64,000 nucleotides of DNA from NCBI GenBank assembly GCA_033238645.1, contig BQXR01000010.1, positions 6,128-70,127 of the forward strand, given 5' to 3'. Both the position numbers and the translations under genes were made by a program. This document shows, piece after piece, positions 40,484 through 48,591 of this stretch. Each line of letters begins with the position of its first letter. Positions within the stretch are counted from its first letter, which is position 1. The notes under the pieces are model-generated. The model saw only the letters and a program-made list of their open reading frames with translations. It had not been told where the DNA came from and did not search any database. Source of the stretch: Thiomicrorhabdus sp. (GTDB lineage Bacteria; Pseudomonadota; Gammaproteobacteria; Thiomicrospirales; Thiomicrospiraceae).

Positions 40484-41911
40484 TTAACCTGCACAACAAG
40501 AAAGCTGAGAAACGTCCTGTGAAAAAGTTTGGGCACAAAGCTTTAACCCTTCCACTTGAGTTAAATAAGGAAAAAGTGTATCCGCTAAATCCGTAATTGT
40601 CATTTTCTGTGCAACAGCAATCGCTGCAGTTTGTATCATTTCGCTAGCAACATCAGCAACGATTTGAGCACCAATTAATTGTTCAGTACTCTCATTCGCA
40701 ACCAATTGTATAAACCCTGTCGTATTAAAATTTGCTAAGGAACGAGGCACATGCTCTAAATCCAGCTTACGTGAAATAACAGATATCCCTTGTTTTTCTG
40801 CCTGTTTAACAGTTAAACCGACAGTTGCCACCTGTGGATCTGTAAAGACTACGGAGGGTAACGTTGTTAAATCTAAGACAGCATTACCTCCTACCATATT
40901 TTTCCCAGCACGGGTACCTGCCGCTGCTGCGACATAAACAAATTGAGGTAACTGAGTACAATCGCCCGCAGCATAGACATTTTCCTGACTCGTCTGAAGG
41001 TCTTTGCCAACAACAATCCGCCCTTGATTATCTGTATCAATATTGGTTTCCTGTAAATTGAGTTGATCCGTATTGGCTTGTCTTCCTGTCGCAATTAAAA
41101 CCTGCTCTGATTCCAATTCATCACCAGATGTCGTAGTACATTTGAACTGGTTATTTATATAACAAACTGACTCAAGTTCGCTGTGAGTAAGGACATTCAT
41201 CCCCTCAGATTCCAAGGTAGCCATTAACAACTCACCAATTGCAGAATCTTCGTTAGATAATAGAGTCGTGCGAGCGATTAAAGTAACTTGTGACCCCAAA
41301 CGTAAGAGTGCTTGTGCAATTTCTAAAGCAACCATAGAAGCACCTATAATAACCAGACTTTTCGGTGTTGTTTCTGTAAACAACGCTTCCGTGGATGTCC
41401 AATAAGGCGCATCCTTTAATCCATTAATGGGAGGAATATTCGCCCTAGCCCCTGTGGCGATCAATATTTTATCCGGCGATAAACGTAACGTACCACCGTC
41501 ATTTAATTCAACCTGTAATTCATTTGAATTATGAAATTTTGCACACCCTTCAATCAATTCAATAAGAGGGTTTTCTTCAAGAAGATTTTCATATTTGGCC
41601 GCACGTAGCTCATCGACACGTTGATGTATTTGCTTTGCAAGCATTGAACGGTTCAAGTCAAAAAACTTAATATGTAACGAAGGAAAGGCTGTTTGCTCTG
41701 TCTCGTGAGCAACTTTTGCTGCTTGAATGAGTATTTTGGACGGAACACACCCCACATTTACACAAGTGCCGCCTATCATTTTATTCGCTTCAATAATAGA
41801 GACCTTTGCACCCGACTTAGTGGCTTGAATTGCTGCTGCAAATGCGGCCGAACCAGAGCCAATAATGGCAACATGAAGAGGTCTGTTTTGATCTATACAA
41901 CAATCGTTCAT
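40484..41911 (-). CDS. merA: Mercuric reductase (short form lacking the NmerA domain)
   Basis: GSGSAA FAD motif, GGTCVNVGCVPSK redox disulfide and C-terminal SCCAG. Confidence 0.96.
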   Translation of the reverse strand: MNDCCIDQNRPLHVAIIGSGSAAFAAAIQATKSGAKVSIIEANKMIGGTCVNVGCVPSKILIQAAKVAHETEQTAFPSLHIKFFDLNRSMLAKQIHQRVDELRAAKYENLLEENPLIELIEGCAKFHNSNELQVELNDGGTLRLSPDKILIATGARANIPPINGLKDAPYWTSTEALFTETTPKSLVIIGASMVALEIAQALLRLGSQVTLIARTTLLSNEDSAIGELLMATLESEGMNVLTHSELESVCYINNQFKCTTTSGDELESEQVLIATGRQANTDQLNLQETNIDTDNQGRIVVGKDLQTSQENVYAAGDCTQLPQFVYVAAAAGTRAGKNMVGGNAVLDLTTLPSVVFTDPQVATVGLTVKQAEKQGISVISRKLDLEHVPRSLANFNTTGFIQLVANESTEQLIGAQIVADVASEMIQTAAIAVAQKMTITDLADTLFPYLTQVEGLKLCAQTFSQDVSQLSCCAG

Positions 41912-41920
41912 ATCACATTC

Positions 41921-42193
41921 CTATTTCTTTAATGTTGAAGGATAACCGGCATTCTCAGTGGTAAAAGTTAAATCCTCAACTTCTACAGCCTGATCATCAA
42001 ATATCACAATGGCCGTTTTATCTTTTAATGACGTTTTTACCACTTGAACACCCTCTACTTTCAATAAAGATTTTTTTACTGTAATCGGACAGGTTGGGCA
42101 GAACATGCCTGGAACATCGAGTATGATCGTTTTTTCAGCTGCCAAGGCATTAAAAGAAATGAATAAACTGAATATTAAAGTTATTGTTTTCAT
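41921..42193 (-). CDS. merP: Periplasmic mercury-binding protein
   Basis: Signal peptide and GMFCPTCPITV HMA motif. Confidence 0.92.
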   Translation of the reverse strand: MKTITLIFSLFISFNALAAEKTIILDVPGMFCPTCPITVKKSLLKVEGVQVVKTSLKDKTAIVIFDDQAVEVEDLTFTTENAGYPSTLKK

Positions 42194-42232
42194 GATGATT
42201 TCCTTATAGATATTTTAAAGAACATTTATTTT

Positions 42233-42595
42233 TTAATATAACCACGATTCTGGAAGCAGAGGAATCCACCAGGTAGAAGTCACTAAGATTGTTGCTAGAA
42301 CTAAGGCTGCCCAGAATAATCGACGACGATTGATTTGAACCTTAGGAATTGAACACGCTTCACCTGCTTGGCAAGACTGCTGTGGTTTATAAAGCCCCCA
42401 ACCAGTCCAGATGAATAAGATTATTGTCACAAGGATAAAATAGGGTTTGAAGGGTGCAAAAATCACAAGGCCAGATATCCATGAACCACTGACACCTAAC
42501 AAAATTAGAACCAAAGGCCCTGCACAGCACAAACTTGCACCAATGGCTGTGGTGATTGCTCCAATCAATGGTAATTTAGAGTTTTGAATAGACAT
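42233..42595 (-). CDS. merT: Mercuric ion transporter
   Basis: SLCCAGPLVL and CQAGEACSIP cysteine pairs. Confidence 0.94.
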   Translation of the reverse strand: MSIQNSKLPLIGAITTAIGASLCCAGPLVLILLGVSGSWISGLVIFAPFKPYFILVTIILFIWTGWGLYKPQQSCQAGEACSIPKVQINRRRLFWAALVLATILVTSTWWIPLLPESWLY

Positions 42596-42634
42596 ATAAC
42601 ACCTCTTTTAATTGAACTTTTTCTTTCATTTAAA

Positions 42635-42665
42635 ATCATACCTCCGTACCTAGGTACGGAAGTAA
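42635..42665 (-). promoter_or_regulatory. MerR operator/promoter of merTPA
   Basis: Perfect dyad TCCGTACCTAGGTACGGA (42643-42660) lies between -35 TTACTT (42665-42660) and -10 TATGAT (42640-42635) with a 19-bp spacer, as in Tn21/Tn501 mer promoters. Confidence 0.9.
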
Positions 42666-42748
42666 GAGGAAAAAAACAATCAAATTAAAAAAAATAATAA
42701 TTAAAGGAGGGTAATTTGCTTAATAATAGATATAAGCATTTAATTGAA

Positions 42749-43174
42749 TTAATCTTTGTATAAATTAGAAATTATGGGGCAAGAGATACTTGTATCTTCT
42801 GTAAGAGTACAAGTTATTGTGAGCTCATCTAAAACTCGTTCCAAACGAGAAAGTTCGTCTATCTTTGCTCGAACATCAAGTAATTTATTTTGTGCAAGAC
42901 TTCTAACTTCAGCACAACAGTGCGACCCATCTTCCAAAGCTAACAAACTTGCAATTTCATCCAGACTAAAACCTAATCCTTGAGCAGATTTAATAAACTT
43001 AACTCTCTTAACATCTGTTAAGTCATATTTTCGTATACCACCATAAGGTTTAACAGGCTCATTCAGTAGCTTTTTTCTTTGATAGAAACGAATTGTCTCA
43101 ACTGACACGCCAGATATCTTTGCAAACGTACCGATAGTCAGGCTCTTCAAATTATCATTAAGATTTTTGTCCAT
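42749..43174 (-). CDS. merR: Hg(II)-responsive regulator MerR
   Basis: [22 protein letters not shown] and Hg-binding Cys in GSHCC and C...CPII. Start set at ATG 43174 behind an AGGA RBS. Confidence 0.94.
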   Translation of the reverse strand: MDKNLNDNLKSLTIGTFAKISGVSVETIRFYQRKKLLNEPVKPYGGIRKYDLTDVKRVKFIKSAQGLGFSLDEIASLLALEDGSHCCAEVRSLAQNKLLDVRAKIDELSRLERVLDELTITCTLTEDTSISCPIISNLYKD

Positions 43175-43281
43175 AAGATCATTCCTATAAATAACCACTA
43201 AAAAACGTAATGACAGCTATTAATCTATAGTTTTTTTGCTATTTTATGACTGCGTTTTTACAGAGGCTACTTACTAAAAGC

Positions 43282-44256
43282 TCAATTCCTAGATTTGATT
43301 TTTCTTCTAGGGTAAATAGATGGGATCAGTCGAATATAGAACAACTCCCCAACAAGTTCTACCATTGTTTGAGTAACAATTATGGCGGCCGCTAATATCC
43401 AGCCCTCTGGTAAAGCCAAAGCCAAAGGAAGAACCACCAGTGAATTACGAGTACCTGCACTAAAAAGCAAAGCTCTACCAGCTCCAACGTTCAAGTGAAA
43501 AGCACAAGCCGTTAACTTAGCAAGTAAGGGCATAATTACCATAAAAGCAACATAGACAGGAATAACCAACCAAACCATACTAAGCTCTTCTTCTACTCTA
43601 CCTATTTGAGACGCCACTACAAAAAATAGAACAAAGGCCATTAAGGGAACCGGTAGCCAAGTAATTCCATTAAGCCAAGTTACACCAATTGATTGTTTCT
43701 TAGCCCATAATTCGGTTATAAACGCCAATACTAAAGGCAAAGCAATCAAAAGAAAAAATGCTTCAATGAAGGGAGCTGCACTCATAACGTGTGTAACCAC
43801 ATCCCCCATGAAAAGCCATAGATAAATAGGTAGAAATATAATCTGAGCGATTAATAGTAGAGGAGTTGATGCAAGTAGAAGTTTAGAATCCCCTTTTCCC
43901 ATGTGAGTAAAAACAATAACATAGTCAATACATGGCGTGAGAAGAACAAGGTAGAAGCCGAGAAGTAGCACGGGGTCTTCGGGCAGAAAAAGCGACAATA
44001 ACCATACTAATATTGGAGCAATAATAAAATTAATTGTAAATAAAGCGGCATTAAACCTTATGTTAGAAAATGCTTCTCTCAGTTTTAAGAAAGGAACTAG
44101 AGTAAACATACTATAAAGTAAAGCAGCTAAAATAGGAGAAATTAATACTTCTAAACTTGTACCAATATTTGGGTTCACCAGCCCAATATACAACCCAAAA
44201 CCTAAGCTTAAAGTATAAATCCAGATTTGGTTTTTTTCCAGTTGTCCCCTAGACAT
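43282..44256 (-). CDS. Acr3/bile acid:Na+ symporter-family arsenic resistance protein
   Basis: LEKNQIWIY start, N(F)IIAP, LLTPCIDY and TRNSLVVLPLAL motifs; about 10 TM segments; ars context. Confidence 0.8.
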   Translation of the reverse strand: MSRGQLEKNQIWIYTLSLGFGLYIGLVNPNIGTSLEVLISPILAALLYSMFTLVPFLKLREAFSNIRFNAALFTINFIIAPILVWLLSLFLPEDPVLLLGFYLVLLTPCIDYVIVFTHMGKGDSKLLLASTPLLLIAQIIFLPIYLWLFMGDVVTHVMSAAPFIEAFFLLIALPLVLAFITELWAKKQSIGVTWLNGITWLPVPLMAFVLFFVVASQIGRVEEELSMVWLVIPVYVAFMVIMPLLAKLTACAFHLNVGAGRALLFSAGTRNSLVVLPLALALPEGWILAAAIIVTQTMVELVGELFYIRLIPSIYPRRKIKSRN

Positions 44257-44304
44257 ACCGTCTTCCTTTAAGTGACCTGTAAGACCTGAATCGTAACTTA
44301 AAAC

Positions 44305-44783
44305 CTAAATACTATTTAGACCAATCTCGTCTAACTCTTGTTGTAGTTTAACTCTGCTAAGCTTCTTATGTGGTAACAGAGTAAATAAGTTAATACGAGT
44401 ACTGAGTATTCTAAGTACATCTTTGTATTCTTTTAGGTCGCCATCGTCTGAATGAGGGTCTTCGACACCCCAGTGAGCATTAATAGGTTGTCCAGGCCAA
44501 ATTGGACATTGCTCACCATTAGCTTTGTCACAAACGGTAATAACAAAGTCTATTTTAGAAGCTCCGTCTTTAGCAAACTCATCCCAACTTTTTGGTTCTA
44601 AATCCTCTGGAAGAGCGATTTTGGCATCATTCAACACTTTAATAACACTTGGGTTAACCTCCTCTTTAGGATGGCTTCCTGCACTGTAGGCTTTAAAACA
44701 CCCTTTACCCCAGTGGTTTAAAAGGCTTCGGCCATAATGCTTCTTTTTGAATTCCCAGTGCATAGAAACAATACGTTATACAT
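44305..44783 (-). pseudogene. arsC: Thioredoxin-dependent arsenate reductase (LMW-PTP fold), frameshifted
   Basis: AGGAGG RBS, then ATG 44783 reads MYNVLFLCTGNSKRSIMAEAF and stops at 44720-44718. The rest (LNHW...SAGSHP...TVCD...CPIWPG...HWGVEDP) continues in the -1 frame. Confidence 0.85.
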
Positions 44784-44801
44784 AGCTTTTAACCTCCTAA
44801 G

Positions 44802-45821
44802 TTAAGCATCAAGCTCTTGATTAGCTTTACCTACTTTCATCGTCAACTCCATCATGCGTTGCATATAGCCAATTTCATTGTCGTACCATGCTAAAACTTT
44901 AACGTGAGTATTATTAACTACACGGGTTGATTGAGCATCAATGACTGATGAGCACGTTTCGCCCTCATAATCTACTGACACCAATGGCAATTCCTCATAA
45001 CCCAAGATGTCTTTTAGGTAGGTTTCAGAGGCTTCTTTAAATAGACTATTGACCTCTACTACCGAGGTTGGTCGCTGCATTTCCATGACCAAATCCGTCA
45101 AAGAAGCATTCATAAACGGTACACGAACTGCAATGCCATCCAAGCGCCCGTTTAGCTCTGGAAAGATGGAGCCAATCGCGGTGGCAGAACCAGTTGACGT
45201 TGGAATCAATGATTCAAAGCTTGAACGTGCACGTCGCCAATCTTTATGACCATGATCCACCACTTTTTGGGTATTGGTGCGGTCGTGCATGGTGGTAATT
45301 GAGCCGTGCGAAATCCCGATTTTTTCATGTAACACTTTTATAACAGGAGCAATACAGTTAGTTGTACAAGAGGCAGCTGTAATCAGACAGTCTTCACCAG
45401 CCACAAAAATATCATCATTAATGCCCATGACAATGTTTTTCACGCCTTCTTTAAAGGGGGCGGCGACAATCACTTGTTTAACGCCTTGGTCAAAATAAGG
45501 CTGTACATCTGCACGTGTGCGGAATTTACCGGTGCATTCTAGAACTACATCAATATCAAGCGCACCCCAATCAAAATCCTCTAGAGCATTTCGAGAGCTG
45601 TAACCAATTTGTTTTTCATGAATCACAATCTGACCATTTTCTTCACTCGCTTTATTATGCCAGCGACCATGGGCTGAATCGTAATTTAAAAGATGAGCAG
45701 AACCTGCTGCATCCGTGGCAATTTCATTGATATGCACAAACTCAATGCCTTCCCAGTCAAATGCCTGACGTAAACCTAAACGCCCCATACGCCCAAAACC
45801 ATTTATTGCTACACGAATCAT
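44802..45821 (-). CDS. gap: Arsenic-associated (ArsJ-type) glyceraldehyde-3-phosphate dehydrogenase
   Basis: INGFGRMGRL, ASCTTNC and WYDNE motifs; ars-operon context. Confidence 0.9.
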   Translation of the reverse strand: MIRVAINGFGRMGRLGLRQAFDWEGIEFVHINEIATDAAGSAHLLNYDSAHGRWHNKASEENGQIVIHEKQIGYSSRNALEDFDWGALDIDVVLECTGKFRTRADVQPYFDQGVKQVIVAAPFKEGVKNIVMGINDDIFVAGEDCLITAASCTTNCIAPVIKVLHEKIGISHGSITTMHDRTNTQKVVDHGHKDWRRARSSFESLIPTSTGSATAIGSIFPELNGRLDGIAVRVPFMNASLTDLVMEMQRPTSVVEVNSLFKEASETYLKDILGYEELPLVSVDYEGETCSSVIDAQSTRVVNNTHVKVLAWYDNEIGYMQRMMELTMKVGKANQELDA

Positions 45822-45864
45822 CTTGACCCCTTATAATTACATTTGGAAAAAATAAAATAAACTG

Positions 45865-45888
45865 TATATACGCATATACGGATTAATC
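45865..45888. promoter_or_regulatory. ArsR-type operator 1 (between gap and arsR)
   Basis: TATATACGCATATACGGATTAATC, an imperfect dyad in the divergent gap/arsR spacer; 21 of 24 bases match the site at 49589. Confidence 0.7.
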
Positions 45889-45926
45889 CATTATACAAAA
45901 ATTAATTAAAGTACAATAAAAGTTTT

Positions 45927-46298
45927 ATGACAAATTTAGATGATTTAAAAGCTTTAGAAGAACACGCTCAATTTCACAAAGCATTTGCCGAACCAGTAAG
46001 GCTCAGAATCTTAGCGTTGCTAAGAACCAGAGAATCACTTTGTGTATGTGATTTAGTATCTGTACTGGAACTTTCACAAAGCACTGTTTCAAGGCATCTT
46101 GCCTATCTTAAAAATCAAGGGATCGTAAACTCGTGGCGTGAGGGAACCTGGATACACTACTCATTGGATAAAAATCATCCCGCTTCTGAGGTTCTTTTGC
46201 CAAGCTTGGCGTTTTTAGGCACGCTAGAGCAGGCAAAAAATGACTGCTTAGCTTTGAAAAGATATGAGAAATCACCCAGGCAGTGTAAAGCTAATTAA
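45927..46298 (+). CDS. arsR: ArsR/SmtB-family metalloregulator
   Basis: RLRIL...LCVCDL...SQSTVSRHLAYLK...REGTWIHYSL. Confidence 0.93.
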   Translation: MTNLDDLKALEEHAQFHKAFAEPVRLRILALLRTRESLCVCDLVSVLELSQSTVSRHLAYLKNQGIVNSWREGTWIHYSLDKNHPASEVLLPSLAFLGTLEQAKNDCLALKRYEKSPRQCKAN

Positions 46299-46523
46299 TT
46301 TTCAAACCTAAAACCCATCTCGGTTTAAAGCCCAAGTTAAAGGCAACGTAGGTACTGGTAAACTCAGCAACCAGTTAGAATTGCCAGCATTGAAAGACTT
46401 CTGCCAAAGGCGGTATTTTTATGGTTAAAATTTATATTCAAGGGAGCTGTCAACCTAACTTCAGTCTCGCTACAAAAGTCATATTTTAAACTCCTAGCAG
46501 TGGTTCTTTGCATCCAAGACTTT

Positions 46524-46900
46524 TTAGACATCTCGTAAACAGCATTTACCTGAAGGATTACATGAACATTTTTTTAGCTTTGTCTGTTTTGTGACATAGT
46601 CTTTTATTTCTGGGCTATCTATATAGTTTTGCTAGGTCACACCAAACAATAGCAAACTTAACGGTCAGGATTTGCAGATATTATTCCAAACATTTGTCTT
46701 AATTGACCATTTTCGTTGACCAAACAATCTCTTGTAAAATAAACCAGCTCGTATTTCGAGTCATCGCAAAAATAAAATTATTTTTCTGATAAACCCAACA
46801 ACTAGGGTTGCTTAGAATACGAAGGAGAGTGGCAACAGGACTGCGACAAACAACAAGATGACATTGATGCTTTCCTTTGATCGTATCTTTAGAGGTACCG
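46524..46900 (-). pseudogene. Decayed zf_CopZ-like Zn/[2Fe-2S] metallochaperone
   Basis: Fragments KHQC..., YFCDDSKYELVYF (46774 onward), VCYC(F)GV (46654-46646, one T lost) and CSCNPSGKCCLRDV* (46568-46524). It carries stops and frameshifts and is absent from the ORF track. Confidence 0.75.
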
Positions 46901-46950
46901 ATTTAGTAAATTCCGATACCTTTAGTTTTTTAACGGATTATTGCTTGCAA

Positions 46951-47886
46951 TCACATTGAAGATTCTAATTTTAAGTAAGTACGATTCAGGTTTTGTTTGT
47001 GCCATGAATCATAGTGCTCAAGGTGTTTGAATTCAAGCCAGTCTTTGTTCTCTGAGACCGCCGTATCCACACCAGCCATATTTTCAGCTTTTTCTTTCAT
47101 GGATTCATTCAGCTTTTTCAAATAGTCACCTGTTTCAGCATCGGCCTGTTTCCAATCAGAAACTTTACCGTGACCAGGTACAATGAACTCGGCTGGTAAT
47201 TGACGCATTAGCTGATAAGCCTCATTCCAGGTTATCGGATTAGACCAAGGGTGAACCCCTAGCATACGATCTAAATAAATGATGTCACCCGTAAACAAGA
47301 CTTTTTGTTTTGGTAGCCATAGAGCACTATCGCCAGGAAAATGAGCATCACCATAGAAATTTAGATGCATTTCAACGCCGCCAATATTCAGTGTATTGGA
47401 TTCTTTTTCCAATACCACGTCTGCGGTTTTCATTTTCACGCCCTTCAAGGCGGGAACTTTTTTGACCAAGCCCTCTACCTCTTGGTTAAACATCGATGAC
47501 TGGATTTTAACACTGCCTTTGTAGGCATAGATTTTTGCACCGTGCTTGGAAAAATAATCATTGCCTAACCAGCGGTGGTCTTGGCTACCGATATTAATCA
47601 CCGCCACAATAGGCTGGTCTTTAATGCCTTTGGCAATGGCCACCAGTTTTTTGGCAGCGGCATCACCCGAACCGGAGTCAACCAGTACCCAACCATCAGC
47701 TGTATCAATAAAACCAATATTATTGTTAAGTCCTAGGTTTTCAGGCGTACGGTCGGTAATTGGTCCGACATAAGCATAAACACCATCAGTCACCTTTTGA
47801 GCTTTGAAGTCCATGGCTTGAGTTGAAAAAGACACAACGGCCAAAGCAGTAGTTGCAACCAGTCCCAAGAAAGTACGTCTTTTCAT
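46951..47886 (-). CDS. Tat-exported metallo-beta-lactamase-fold hydrolase (SoxH-like)
   Basis: MKRRTFLG twin-arginine signal plus VLVDSG, GSQDHRWLGN, AHFPGD, FTGD and VPGHG motifs. Confidence 0.8.
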   Translation of the reverse strand: MKRRTFLGLVATTALAVVSFSTQAMDFKAQKVTDGVYAYVGPITDRTPENLGLNNNIGFIDTADGWVLVDSGSGDAAAKKLVAIAKGIKDQPIVAVINIGSQDHRWLGNDYFSKHGAKIYAYKGSVKIQSSMFNQEVEGLVKKVPALKGVKMKTADVVLEKESNTLNIGGVEMHLNFYGDAHFPGDSALWLPKQKVLFTGDIIYLDRMLGVHPWSNPITWNEAYQLMRQLPAEFIVPGHGKVSDWKQADAETGDYLKKLNESMKEKAENMAGVDTAVSENKDWLEFKHLEHYDSWHKQNLNRTYLKLESSM

Positions 47887-47931
47887 ATTCAATTTTCCTT
47901 TTGGTAAGTGCAACAAGTGATGAGTGTGCGC

Positions 47932-48576
47932 TTACGACAACCACTCGATAATCATCTTTTTATTTGGCATTCCGCCTGAATGAACAACTTGATCGTTAAT
48001 GACGATGCCAGGAGTGCTCATAATGCCATAAGCAGCAATCTCAGTAATCTCTTCGATTTTAATGACCTTCACCTCTACCCCAAGTTCTTGAGCAGTAGAC
48101 TCAATCAGCTTCATAGTATTTGTACAGGTTGCACAGCCTGTACCGAGAACTTTAATTTCAAGTGCGCCACTACCATAGTAGCCAGTGGTAGAAGGCGAAT
48201 CTTTACCACCACAACAAGGGGTTTCTTTTTCACTTATTGCTTCGAGTTCTGAACTACAACAGCCATCTTGAGGCTTAATTTCACCAGGCTGAGCAGTCGG
48301 ACTACAACAACTTGTTGTTTCTTTAGCTTGTGCTTTTGGCTTTGTTCCACAAGCACCGCCAGGACAGCATTCACCCGTTTTAGATAGCTTGCCGACCAAT
48401 TCCGCAGGACACCAACCTGTAAAAGTAGCCTGAAACCCCATAAATGCAGGCAAAGTTGCCAACCACAGCCAGTTGAGAGTTAGTAAATTTGTTTGACCTG
48501 AAAAATGTGCCAAACCAATGCCAATCAAAATCATTGCTGTCATTAAACGAATCATTAAATTGTCTTTCATTATCAT
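47932..48576 (-). CDS. DUF2892 membrane domain + Cys-rich linker + small thioredoxin-like (CxxC) fusion
   Basis: Two TM segments ending in FTGWCP, four CC pairs, then IKVLGTGCATC...YGIMSTPGIVIN. The start may be ATG 48570. Confidence 0.8.
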   Translation of the reverse strand: MIMKDNLMIRLMTAMILIGIGLAHFSGQTNLLTLNWLWLATLPAFMGFQATFTGWCPAELVGKLSKTGECCPGGACGTKPKAQAKETTSCCSPTAQPGEIKPQDGCCSSELEAISEKETPCCGGKDSPSTTGYYGSGALEIKVLGTGCATCTNTMKLIESTAQELGVEVKVIKIEEITEIAAYGIMSTPGIVINDQVVHSGGMPNKKMIIEWLS

Positions 48577-48591
48577 TTCCCCTTGAAAGAT

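Noticed and set aside
44716-44723. TTTAAAC slippery heptamer as a programmed -1 frameshift in arsC
   Set aside because: The heptamer is out of register with the initiating frame (GCC TTT TAA), so canonical tandem slippage does not apply.
46300-46520. Possible further gene relic (AGGAG followed by MTFVARLKLG*)
   Set aside because: Too short, and no family motif was recognised in any frame.
46637-46660. Selenocysteine recoding in the zf_CopZ-like relic
   Set aside because: The TGA is out of frame once CYCFGV is restored, and the other stops are TAA/TAG plus frameshifts, which fits decay.
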